Assembly: GCA_965197475.1 (NCBI GenBank)
Contig: CBDANF010000003.1
Coordinates: forward strand, 3,072,001 to 3,136,000
Direction: 5' to 3'
Origin: Candidatus Poribacteria bacterium
GTDB taxonomy: Bacteria; Poribacteria; WGA-4E; WGA-3G
Length of the DNA stretch: 64,000 bases
The notes below the pieces were generated by a model that saw nothing but the letters and a program-made list of their open reading frames with translations, had not been told where the DNA came from and ran no database searches. The position numbers were made by a program, and so were the translations under genes. How positions within the stretch are numbered: position 1 is the stretch's first letter; every line of letters begins with the position of its first letter. Of the stretch, positions 41,701 to 49,921 are shown in pieces.

Positions 41701-42128
41701 GTTCAACTATCAGAAACCAGAACCCTAACGACTTTAATCCTGATTTAGATATTTCGCTACAACTGCCGAATCCAATTCGCGGTGTATTACTTAAAGACGG
41801 AAGCACAGCGGATGTAGCCATTACAGCGACTGTTACAGGCACCCTTAAAAACGCGAAACCCAGTTATCAGGCAGAACCAACCAATTCATCTACAACTGAG
41901 ATTTTTACGGAGGCAGACGTTCTTGCGCTCCTTTTACCAGGTAATTCCTTCTCGCTATCGTTTGGTGGGATCACCTTCACAATCTCTAAAGGTTTCGATC
42001 GTGACGAACGTCACATCATCGCAGAAAAGCAGGTATCCATCTTTGGCAGAAAAATACCAATTAAAATGGAACGTGATGAACAAAACAAATATGGGGTAGA
42101 TGTTCAACTGCTGGAGGGCCGTTTCTAA
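35796..42128 (+). CDS. tamB: TamB/AsmA-like translocation-and-assembly protein (2110 aa)
   Basis: N-terminal TM anchor and long beta-rich repeats (G...P.I/L.G), with a DUF490-like C-terminal region. It is adjacent to an Omp85 gene. Confidence 0.8.
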   Translation: MMTRRKIVLISISIIILLFLIGGFLYTSSDSFLNNVIKPRLQQALENQIKEKYKVRIGKLGGNIFTGVEVEEFALKEKETEKPPILSTQKVVLKYNFFALLQRKLLVTALEINSPEINVTRSSDGQVDLTDVLRESSSDSESNNSFAFAVSNVEIKRGEIRLTDTQQNIELELPNIDVTLDGTLQNWDHTGSLSIDKGSFKLNGTEMLIERLNNIQFYVSTTEGDLERLQLKSGNSEIDIQEFNYNWDKEKWASVVKLTIDAADVQKFLRDDTQLEGSCEVLLDLKGTNSTLNGKLTGTSDAFSIKKSLGSATGKSESNTRQIDITNLNVDTTLELGEVPKIKLDDFSAQVADGKLTGSGSATFDNTSEGNLIKRLQHIVKQPITYKSNWEVENIQLSSLLSMFIEFPAQSPQIESGTFTGTAKVNGNTSRNFHLDSSVKLSGTSLLVKDESIPLKDSSLNCKISSAPDNGSNITANGTIDDTTVDINGSLESFDVTLKNVDFGKLLEIANTIPFKGIGDITAEIKKDGTVTGHAEVPEAFYAHDKAKPIPLGSLTGDFRFVDRVVYFQNTHLTKKGENGDTNVSIEGNVSIDGKLPANFRVVAEPLVLDADYNNLLFQQAYPIEGNMRGELKLYGSLIDHLDGEGSLAVDSGKAWGINLDTVTLPLEIDDYSLTIPDFKITTRGQLVTFNAHVKSNGEFEFSLKNNKAKPVQLAALSLAADISDFPLDGKMDVNIDSYQKKSQDLVFHTDLTFSDLTFEGNPLGDASLQAILKKQKELTSEPDYYKLTGKALADTCSIEGIISNAKDNPYQITLTSDNTAATPILRILHSSLDVITGTFDGTVEVKGTIAELTSTDPVKPSKKRVYPYDVDISISKTLLQYNSLHMINPKQIRLKLEDDILTIADSSLSVKGKKSPFIQLTGTIDAKTEEINISSKPDQDLTLESFGAALGLPISGAAQFELKTKGTLTDPIIDLNWMIPTLVVETDVGDIGISDANGELTYQNNTVLIKPFSMQVLDNLVAVEGNIAINPDDFNSSKLNFELNTLNLNLAKFSDIIMNSMSVEVAKRLTVEDSALIEGNIGVLLNVDGTIAEPVIDLNANTTDNHPIKFGAFAKPIILEKLHAVTTVRKELVHIRDLVVDGQIGSGNFHLKGGTSFSTQNKDEIKFDMGVSVEKLEVGDFITFFQQRQFPLSGTVSGTANLAGTGFTEELITATCKIDELNLQAYNYQIANTLPIDFKLNNNNITTLFPLQVTSPKIETSVDVSLDGPLVSPNISLEWQGILTDLLEQEVDLPLHWQGKAEYANKLFTLSTELANNGDTLTLKGTVPFDLSFTEIDLSERFLDVPIMVQLNGTELPLNFFPGFDNVFSEADGVTDIDLTLKGTTRSPYLEGNVYFHAPHLHLKKFYPPLKNVEVQLKAREKAIELTAFQFEIEDGTCNLQEGELELDGLTPKSFSVNGLTLKQYPLGSTLRQVIPQDSLEEVSGHVTVILTQLKIPFDTFFENGEKTPIPKIREVITFDRLSQKAEAVFTINEFSLGFTVLDQKYKFVNPELIPISLTSGEFKVEALKLKNTIAIPATVTQEPLIFACYGRWNMQGSIFANLKLENFNISALNSVLSDANLDAYKLNGMLSTEINITNTYAAPEVTVEFDGHKLTINQANIDKFTGELYYRSKDQQWAIPENTEILRLGNNRLICSGKFPYFLSFSKLQAKPFSKDMEVRIDLQLDELGVLPLIEPLIQSANGQGTIKATITGTLNAPQLKGKGEFNQVSLKLEGSPVSFEQLDTSFAFSDTGLEIQRLQGQLNDGDFSANGKITSDWLKLDEIDLKASLQNCNFEEPGSYQINVSSDNLHLHGNITIPTLIGDLNIHSGHYEQNWENVRDWFSGSTVSDVELAFDTPFLRSLQLYVGIEILDNFHFLSSLGGPTDIEIGCSGRLTGTIQNPIFIGNVSLLRGIISTVTQIFEIVEGSTIRNQNPNDFNPDLDISLQLPNPIRGVLLKDGSTADVAITATVTGTLKNAKPSYQAEPTNSSTTEIFTEADVLALLLPGNSFSLSFGGITFTISKGFDRDERHIIAEKQVSIFGRKIPIKMERDEQNKYGVDVQLLEGRF

Positions 42129-42129
42129 A

Positions 42130-45100
42130 ATGTGTAAATCGGGTCTCAACAATACACCGAAACCCTGTTCTGTTTGGTCGGTTAAGGGACGTATACATTG
42201 TGCTCTTATTCTAATGCTACTCTGTTTTCTTACCGTTAAATCCGTTTTCGCACAAATTACAGATATCTCTCAACCTCAGAATAAATCTCCAGCAATCTTA
42301 CAACGAGAAAAAGTTGTTAAAATTGAGTACCTAATTGACGAACTGCCTGTGACAAACAACGAAACTCTCAATACACTGAAAAGATTGACGTACATAACAG
42401 TGGGTTCACAGTTTTCGCGTTATGCTGTGCAACGTAGCGTTATTTCGCTTTATTCGTTACAACAGTTCTCTCAGGTCAACGTTTACACATTAGAAACACA
42501 CGGGGGAATTGCGCTCAAATTTGACTTAGAAAATGTAATGCGCATCCAGAAAATTGATATTCGCGGTGTACTCTCTAATGAACTCAGGAGGAATATCAGC
42601 ACTGTTATAAGACTCAAACCTGGGGAAATGTATGTCCCCGTAATTGAGAAAAAAGATGTCGATTCTATCAAAGCAGTATGTGCTGATAACGGTTATTTTC
42701 GCGCAGATGTTAGTGTCAATGCAATTGCCAGTGACAGAAGTTTAACATATCAGATCAACTTGAGAAATCCTACGGTTATCAAAAAATTTCAAATTCACGG
42801 AACTACTGCAATATTCTCAGAACACATCAAAGAAATATGTCAACCCCGTGTCGGAAAAGTATATCGCAGATCTGATGTTGATGAAGATATTGCGGCAATT
42901 CGCGACCTTTATAGAAAAAAGTACTATCCGAGTCCTAAAATTAAACCTAACTTTTACCCCCAATCCGGTGTGCTGACACTCGAAATAAATGAAGGTATAC
43001 AACTCTTGCTTGATTATGTGGATGAGAACGGAAAACCAATTATTCACGACTCTCCTATTCGCAATTTTCTGGCAAAATTAGGCATAAACAGACAAGAGTC
43101 AGAAAAAGATCAACTCAGAAACAAAATAACATCTTTAATCAATGATCAATCTCGATGGGTGCAGACTGTAGAGAGGCACTTTGCAGCAAAGGGATATGAT
43201 GGGACAAAAGTTGATTTAGAAAAATTAACCAATTCTCCTCTCCATGTAAAATTTATTATTAAGCCGGGCACGAGATACATTGTGACTAAAGTTGAATTCA
43301 CCGGCAATGAGGCGTTTCCAGCAAAAGATTTGCTTCGAGAGATGGAGACCATACCTGTCAATTTTTTCTCTCGACATATTAGGAGACGTTTTTTTTCAGA
43401 GCTTACGCTTGAAAGAGATAAGAGAATCTTGAAAATTTTGTATGAAAAAGCTGGTTATCGTGGAGTACTTATAAAACAAGATATTGTGAAACAAAACGCT
43501 AATAATCGGAATGTTGGAGAAATCTCTATAAACCTTACATTTTCTGAACCCTACAAAGAAATTATTTACCGATGTCATTTTATCGGAAACAGTATTCTTG
43601 ACACGACTACTCTCTTTGAAGCTTTGCCAAGTCCACTCCCGGTCCCAAATGCGCTGTTGGTCCAAAAAAATTATGAGAACGCAATACTTAAAGCATATCA
43701 AGATCGCGGTTACTTTTTTGCTAAGATCAAAAACACATATTTTCTACAAAAAACGGACACTCCAGTTTTTCAGGTGAAGGGCAATTTTGCGAAACAATTG
43801 GATGCTGGTACACTACCTAAGAAATTAAGTGATACATTTAGAAAACACAATTTACCACTTGCCGGAACATTTATTGCTACTAAAATAGGTGAAGAGTGGA
43901 TTATCCAGGATACTGATGGTAACGCTCGTTATACGCTCAAGCAGGAAAAGGAACAACTTGCTGTATTTGAACATGGCATCCTACATTTAGAGATAGATGA
44001 GGGAAACCAAGTAGTGTTCGGCAATTTTCATTTTGCTGGCGACATTGGTGTTAAACAAAACATTCTCAAACGCGAGGTGGCACACCTGCCAGGCACCCTC
44101 TTTACGCTTGAAAAGTTGAGTCGGGCTACCCAAAATCTCTATAATACAGGAATTTTTGAACCTGGAATCCGCGCGGGACCGGTAGTGCCAACAGTCCTTG
44201 AAGAACAACCAAGTAATTTTGATACAAACAGTTCATCAATTCATTCTTCACCGCAACCAATAGCCAAAGATGTTGAAATCCGACTCCAAAAACGGAAACC
44301 AGGCGCATACGGTGCAAGTGCCGGTGCAAGTTCTTCAGACGGCCTACGCGGCACAATTGCGCTGAGTCATCGTAACCTCTTTAAACGAAATGTTCGATTC
44401 AGATTACGGGGCAGATGGGGAACACGCGGTTATCTATACGATACAACCCTAACTGAACCTTGGCTCATAGGTAGAATAAGCGGTAGTTTACAGTTTTTGG
44501 GAAGGAAATTGGAAGAAGACGATGACGTTCGGGCACTGCAAGGAAGTTTTATACTCAGTAGAAAGTTACCTGGGGCACATCGCCTGAATTTAGAATACAG
44601 CTATCGTGATTTAAAAGATACCTCTGAAACAATAGATACCGCGATAGTCCCTTTAATTCCAAACCCGTCAACAACTGTCAGTAGTCTACGTTTTTTATGG
44701 AGACAAGACAGTCGGTTTCCATCTTTAAACCCAACATCAGGTATGTTAAACGAGGCTACAGTCGAAGTTGCAGGAGGTGTTTTAGGTGGGAAAAGCAGCT
44801 TTTACAAAATAACAGCAGATACTCGCTATCACAAAAAACTAAACGAGCGCGGACTTGTGTTAGCAACAGCACTCCGATTCGGTTACACCCCAGGTCTCCA
44901 AACTAAAGCGAACAGCAAGGCAGAATTAATTTCCTTTGAACGATTTTGGGCAGGAGGCAGCACAACAGTCCGCGGATATGAGGAGAGAGGATTGGGACCT
45001 GAGGATATCACCCGCAAACACCGTGGCAACGTTCAATTTATCTTTAATACTGAATTACGTTTCCCAATTTTTGACCCAATTCAAGGTATTCTCTTCTTCG

Positions 45101-45285
45101 ATTCAGGAAATGTTTGGGACACTTGGGAGGACATTCAGTATGACTGGCTGCCTTCCGCTTTAGGTGTTGGTCTACGATTAAACTGGGGACCTTTCAGCTT
45201 TGGAATTGATTATGCCGTACCGCTTATCTCAGTCCCGGAGGTCCCGATAAATTCATTATTTTTTCGTGTAGGCAGTACGTTTTAG
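42130..45285 (+). CDS. Omp85-family (TamA/BamA) outer-membrane protein with POTRA domains
   Basis: POTRA-like repeats (F.GN..F...L; LY...GY), RFWAGGSTTVRGY loop-6 motif and C-terminal FFRVGSTF. Confidence 0.9.
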   Translation: MCKSGLNNTPKPCSVWSVKGRIHCALILMLLCFLTVKSVFAQITDISQPQNKSPAILQREKVVKIEYLIDELPVTNNETLNTLKRLTYITVGSQFSRYAVQRSVISLYSLQQFSQVNVYTLETHGGIALKFDLENVMRIQKIDIRGVLSNELRRNISTVIRLKPGEMYVPVIEKKDVDSIKAVCADNGYFRADVSVNAIASDRSLTYQINLRNPTVIKKFQIHGTTAIFSEHIKEICQPRVGKVYRRSDVDEDIAAIRDLYRKKYYPSPKIKPNFYPQSGVLTLEINEGIQLLLDYVDENGKPIIHDSPIRNFLAKLGINRQESEKDQLRNKITSLINDQSRWVQTVERHFAAKGYDGTKVDLEKLTNSPLHVKFIIKPGTRYIVTKVEFTGNEAFPAKDLLREMETIPVNFFSRHIRRRFFSELTLERDKRILKILYEKAGYRGVLIKQDIVKQNANNRNVGEISINLTFSEPYKEIIYRCHFIGNSILDTTTLFEALPSPLPVPNALLVQKNYENAILKAYQDRGYFFAKIKNTYFLQKTDTPVFQVKGNFAKQLDAGTLPKKLSDTFRKHNLPLAGTFIATKIGEEWIIQDTDGNARYTLKQEKEQLAVFEHGILHLEIDEGNQVVFGNFHFAGDIGVKQNILKREVAHLPGTLFTLEKLSRATQNLYNTGIFEPGIRAGPVVPTVLEEQPSNFDTNSSSIHSSPQPIAKDVEIRLQKRKPGAYGASAGASSSDGLRGTIALSHRNLFKRNVRFRLRGRWGTRGYLYDTTLTEPWLIGRISGSLQFLGRKLEEDDDVRALQGSFILSRKLPGAHRLNLEYSYRDLKDTSETIDTAIVPLIPNPSTTVSSLRFLWRQDSRFPSLNPTSGMLNEATVEVAGGVLGGKSSFYKITADTRYHKKLNERGLVLATALRFGYTPGLQTKANSKAELISFERFWAGGSTTVRGYEERGLGPEDITRKHRGNVQFIFNTELRFPIFDPIQGILFFDSGNVWDTWEDIQYDWLPSALGVGLRLNWGPFSFGIDYAVPLISVPEVPINSLFFRVGSTF

Positions 45286-45295
45286 AAATCATGGA

Positions 45296-46240
45296 CTATT
45301 CCGATTGGTCATAAGGTCTTCCCAATGCCAGTGGTGCCTCTGCCCTACCTACAAAACCTGCCAGTACCGCTAAACAAAGCACAAAAGGCAACATCAAAAA
45401 CCACTGATATTGGATCCCCAACCCAGATGCCTGAAACCGATTATCCAGTGCAAATCCGAAACCGAAAAGTAGTGCGGCACCACAGGCTTTCACGGGATGC
45501 CACTTGCCGAAAATTACAATAGCCAACGCAATAAAACCTCGCCCAGATGTCATTCCGGGTGTGAAGTAAGGCACATCTGCAAGCGACAAATAACCTCCAC
45601 CTATCCCCGCCATAGTTCCTGCAAACAACAGACACATCGTCCGCAAAAGTGACACGTTTGAGCCAACAGTAGAAATCGCTTTCGGATGTTCCCCACAAGC
45701 TCGAACCCGTAGTCCCTGTTGTGTGTGGTAAAGGAAGAAGTAAACACACGGCACAAGTAGAAAAGTCAGAAAGACAATGACATTGTGTGAAAATAGTGCC
45801 TTCCCGAATAGTGGAATCTCTGAGAGGAATGGTACATCAATTTGTTTGAAATATGGAACGCTCTGCGGACTACCAGTTTTCCCAAATAGTCGCTGATATA
45901 CTACTTGTGTGAATCCTAACGCTAACAGTGTCACCGCTGTGCCGATGACAATCTGGTCTCCACGCTGTCTTACCGCTAAAAACGCGAAGAGGGCAGCGGT
46001 CATCAGTCCCCCTAACCCCGCTACCAAAATGCCGATCCACGGTGCCAAAAACGGCAGTCCAGCAGTATAAAATGACGCAACCATTCCAAAAAGAGCACCG
46101 ATAAGCATCATGCCTTCAATGCCAATGTTAATGACACCAGCACGTTGTGCAATCACTTCTCCTAATGCAGCAAGCAAAAGAGGTGTTGCTCCACGGATCG
46201 TAGCAGCGAGGATATCTTCAAACATCTCTATAATGTCCAC
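45296..46240 (-). CDS. Nucleoside/sugar ABC transporter permease
   Basis: TPLLLAALGE, GVINIGIEG, RACGEHP and GRGFIALA..IFGKW. Confidence 0.92.
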   Translation of the reverse strand: MDIIEMFEDILAATIRGATPLLLAALGEVIAQRAGVINIGIEGMMLIGALFGMVASFYTAGLPFLAPWIGILVAGLGGLMTAALFAFLAVRQRGDQIVIGTAVTLLALGFTQVVYQRLFGKTGSPQSVPYFKQIDVPFLSEIPLFGKALFSHNVIVFLTFLLVPCVYFFLYHTQQGLRVRACGEHPKAISTVGSNVSLLRTMCLLFAGTMAGIGGGYLSLADVPYFTPGMTSGRGFIALAIVIFGKWHPVKACGAALLFGFGFALDNRFQASGLGIQYQWFLMLPFVLCLAVLAGFVGRAEAPLALGRPYDQSE

Positions 46241-46288
46241 TCCTTCTCTTCATCTATAATCATTTCAATCAACCGAATTTCGTATACC

Positions 46289-47389
46289 CTACAACGCTCT
46301 TTTACGAAGAAATTTAAAAGAACTTGATCCAACAACAAAAAGAAGAATTATTGCTTGCATCATCAAAGTCACCTTGCTGGAGATGCCGACTTCCGCCTCC
46401 ATAGCAAACGAACCCCTCGTTAGTGCGCCAAACAACAGTGCTGTCCCAACCGTTCCGAGTGGATGCAATTTCGCCAATAGAGCAACTGCAATAGCCGTAT
46501 AGCCGTATCCTGGTGAAAACTGTTTGGTAAGCCGAGGGGCGAGTGCCATGAGTTCAATTGCCCCGCCGAGCCCAGCGAGTGCTCCACTAATAAAAAAGAC
46601 GCGCAGCGTGTTATATGTAATTGAAATTCCTGCGGCCTCTGCCGCTGCTGCTCCTTCACCTACGGCACGGAGCTGATATCCAAACGTAGTACGAAACAGA
46701 ACGAATGTTAAGACAACAGCCAATAAAACTGCGATACCGATACCGGGATGAATTCGATGTGATTCGAAAAGACGTGGCAACTCCACCCATTTGACGATCG
46801 GGTCACTCTGCGGACCGGTTTTGGATGCCTCCTGCAATGGACCGCCATCTACCATTAGGCTGACAAATTGAATTGCAACATAATTCAACATAATTGTGCT
46901 TATAACTTCGTTGACACCACGTTTTATCTTGAGTACCGCTGGGAAAACACCCCACATACCACCTGCAAGCACTGCAATGCTGAGACAAAGTGGTACCCCT
47001 ATCCAAGAGGTGCTGGGCAGGAATGTTGCTATCTTCGTTCCGAACCATGTTGCCGCCAATGCACCTACGAGAAACTGCCCCTCAGCACCGATATTCCATA
47101 TTCCGCACCGAAACGCCATCGCGACAGAAAGCCCGGTCATTAGAAAAGGGGTGCTTTTTACTAACGTTTCACCTACCCCACGTAGAGAACCGAATGTCAC
47201 TATAAAAGCTTCTTTGTATGCCTCTATTGGATTATAGCCAAACAATAATATAATGATGCCGTTTGTTATGAACGCGCTCGCTAAAATCAGGTTCGGCACC
47301 ACCACCCATTGGAAAAAGCTGGGATATTTTTCCATCGTGCTGAAACTTATGGATTTCGCTTTACGATATATTTCAGGAAAATTATGCAT
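46289..47389 (-). CDS. Nucleoside/sugar ABC transporter permease
   Basis: NIGAEGQ, NEVISTIMLNY and GYGYTAIAVALL. Confidence 0.92.
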   Translation of the reverse strand: MHNFPEIYRKAKSISFSTMEKYPSFFQWVVVPNLILASAFITNGIIILLFGYNPIEAYKEAFIVTFGSLRGVGETLVKSTPFLMTGLSVAMAFRCGIWNIGAEGQFLVGALAATWFGTKIATFLPSTSWIGVPLCLSIAVLAGGMWGVFPAVLKIKRGVNEVISTIMLNYVAIQFVSLMVDGGPLQEASKTGPQSDPIVKWVELPRLFESHRIHPGIGIAVLLAVVLTFVLFRTTFGYQLRAVGEGAAAAEAAGISITYNTLRVFFISGALAGLGGAIELMALAPRLTKQFSPGYGYTAIAVALLAKLHPLGTVGTALLFGALTRGSFAMEAEVGISSKVTLMMQAIILLFVVGSSSFKFLRKRAL

Positions 47390-48977
47390 CTGTATCCGTT
47401 TCTCCCATCATTAATAATCCCAATGCTTCAATATTATTACGGTGGGTAGTGGCATCAATTAGTCTTCCTCTTGACATCACGTAGAGTCTATCACTTATCT
47501 GTAAGACTTCGTCTAACTCTGTTGAAATCAAGAGTACAGATTTTTTTCGGTCGCGCTGTGCAAGTAAATTCTGATGCACATATTGTGCAGCACTGACATC
47601 TAATCCACGTGTAGGGTTAACCGCAACAAGCAGCTCAGGTTGCGGTGAAATTTCTCTTGCGAGAACAATTTTCTGTTGATTTCCACCTGAAAGTGCTGAG
47701 GCAGGCGTATTGACGGAAGGTGGGCGAATGTCGTAAGCTTCAATAAGTTGCATCGCTGCCTCATTTTTTGCTTTCTGATCTAATATTCCCCATTTTGCCA
47801 CATGTTCAAAATGCGTTATGTTCAACATCAGATTGTCGGCTGTAGAAAACGAAGTAATTATACCCATAGTCCGCCTATCTTCAGGAATGTAACCGACACC
47901 ACACCGACGGATGTTTTTTGTTCCCACAGGTTGCATACCTAAAACCTCTACCGTTCCAGAAGCAGTAGGACGCAATCCCATAATTGCTTCTGCCAATTCA
48001 CGTTGACCGTTTCCATCCACCCCTGCTATCCCGACAATCTCACCACGATATGTTTCAATAGAGACATCTTCAACTGCGATTTCGTTTCGGGCTCCCAATA
48101 CTGTCAATCCTGAGATATTTAGCACTTTGTGAGTTGTTGCTTTGTTCTCTTTCCGTTCTACCTCCGATATTTCCTCACCAAGCATCTCTCTGGCAAGTCC
48201 ACGAGCAGAAAGTTCGCCTGTCTTCCCGTGATATACTTTTTTGCCACGTCTCAAAACCGTAATCCTATCGCTGATTTCTAATACCTCTTTCATTTTGTGG
48301 CTAATAAAAATGATTGAGCGATTATCAGCTTGTAAGGCACGCAGAATCGTAAAAAAATCGGTAACCTCTTGTGGACTCAGCACTGCTGTCGGTTCATCAA
48401 GTATCAGAATGCGGGCATCAACTGCAAGTGCCTTTAGAATTTCAACCCGCTGTTTTAATCCCACTGAGAGCGTGCGTACAAGCGCACTTGGATCAACTGC
48501 CAGACCGAATCTCTGTGAAAGTACTTCGGTGATCCGGATTGCTTCATCTTTTTTATACCGAAACTTGCTGAGTTTTATGGGGTTTCCGTTTTCTTTAGGT
48601 GAGGATTCCAAGTCAGGTTCAACAGAGTCTGTTGTCCCATCTCTTGAACTAAATTGCGCGACAGTGAGTGCTATATTTTCAGCGACAGTGAGATTCTCGA
48701 TTAACATAAAATGTTGATGCACCATGCCGATGCCGTTGACAATCGCATCACGCGGGGATCTGAAAATTTTTGATTTGCCAGAGATATGGATGCTCCCACC
48801 TGAGGGTTGGTAAAGTCCGTAGATGAGGTTCATTAGGGTGGATTTTCCTGCACCGTTCTCCCCTAAAATCGCGTGGATTTCACCGGCTTGCAGTTCAAAA
48901 TCTACATTGTCAACTGCGACAAGGTCACCGAATGTCTTCGTAATGTTTTGAAGTTCAAGAACGTTTTCTGTTTCCAT
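47382..48977 (-). CDS. Nucleoside/sugar ABC transporter ATP-binding protein (two NBDs)
   Basis: GENGAGKST, GMVHQHF, ILDEPT, LSGGNQQK and PTRGLD. Confidence 0.95.
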   Translation of the reverse strand: METENVLELQNITKTFGDLVAVDNVDFELQAGEIHAILGENGAGKSTLMNLIYGLYQPSGGSIHISGKSKIFRSPRDAIVNGIGMVHQHFMLIENLTVAENIALTVAQFSSRDGTTDSVEPDLESSPKENGNPIKLSKFRYKKDEAIRITEVLSQRFGLAVDPSALVRTLSVGLKQRVEILKALAVDARILILDEPTAVLSPQEVTDFFTILRALQADNRSIIFISHKMKEVLEISDRITVLRRGKKVYHGKTGELSARGLAREMLGEEISEVERKENKATTHKVLNISGLTVLGARNEIAVEDVSIETYRGEIVGIAGVDGNGQRELAEAIMGLRPTASGTVEVLGMQPVGTKNIRRCGVGYIPEDRRTMGIITSFSTADNLMLNITHFEHVAKWGILDQKAKNEAAMQLIEAYDIRPPSVNTPASALSGGNQQKIVLAREISPQPELLVAVNPTRGLDVSAAQYVHQNLLAQRDRKKSVLLISTELDEVLQISDRLYVMSRGRLIDATTHRNNIEALGLLMMGETDTDA

Positions 48978-49826
48978 CTACATCGCACACCACTTCTCAG
49001 CTCTGGCAGTTGTCAATTCACCATCGTAAGCAACAAACCGAAGGGAGATCTTCCATGTCTCATTTGCTTGCGTTGAAACTGGACCTGTCTGTGTCGGGTT
49101 ATAGAGTGCCATACCGTAATCCCGAATGAACCACGGACCGCGAACATCTTCATCAAGAATTGTCATAAAGACACCAAAATGCCCATGCCCTGTAAGTTGG
49201 TTTTGGTATGCCACAAAGTCCGATATACCTTGGAGAGCTTCAACTTTACCTCTGCGATTGTTATCACCGATAACAACGCCTCCCATGACAGGTAAAAGTC
49301 TCGGTTCAACACGCATACCGATGCTCCCGTACTTGGTTTGCGGATATTCAACGGCACCGTAGGCAGCCATCTTTTCACTTGTCATGTCGCAAACTGTAGC
49401 ATCAGCAAGGGAGTATAGATTGACAGCGCGAATTTCGTCAATCAAAGGCTCTTCGTTGGTATCGCGCCAGATAATCTTCTGAACGAATTGAACGCCATCT
49501 GCATGTGGTGCTATGTCAATTTCTTTCCCCGTTTCCATACGTCCCAAATTCTCAAAGAGTCTGTCTGTAAAGGAACGCCGTGGCGGTGCTCCCCAAAACC
49601 ATGCTTCTCGGTCTCCAATCTTCACAGGTGCTTGCCCAACAAAGATGCCATTGTGAAATGGATGATCAAAAGCAAATTCTTGAATAACAGTATGTCCAGC
49701 AGGCGTATAGAATGGAAAGACAAAGGGACGGTAAAAGTTTGCACCAATCCCTCCTAAACAACGTCCCGTATCGGTGTCAACAACCAAATGTGTTTTAGCA
49801 TTAACTATTACTTCAAATGTACTCAT
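48978..49826 (-). CDS. DUF6807/PmoA-family-like beta-sandwich protein
   Basis: RPFVFPFYTPAG, DHPFHNGIF, KYG.IGMRV and WFIRDYG motifs. Confidence 0.7.
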   Translation of the reverse strand: MSTFEVIVNAKTHLVVDTDTGRCLGGIGANFYRPFVFPFYTPAGHTVIQEFAFDHPFHNGIFVGQAPVKIGDREAWFWGAPPRRSFTDRLFENLGRMETGKEIDIAPHADGVQFVQKIIWRDTNEEPLIDEIRAVNLYSLADATVCDMTSEKMAAYGAVEYPQTKYGSIGMRVEPRLLPVMGGVVIGDNNRRGKVEALQGISDFVAYQNQLTGHGHFGVFMTILDEDVRGPWFIRDYGMALYNPTQTGPVSTQANETWKISLRFVAYDGELTTARAEKWCAM

Positions 49827-49921
49827 TATTCACCAAATTTTAAATTTTATACATATTGTATAGAAGCATATTCTAATTTTGCCCTATTTGCTTGTGTCAA
49901 GCAAATAGGGTGTGACGTTCT

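Noticed and set aside
48978-49826. Methane monooxygenase (from the 'PmoA family' label)
   Set aside because: It is a soluble beta-rich protein without TM helices or pmoB/pmoC; the family name is misleading.
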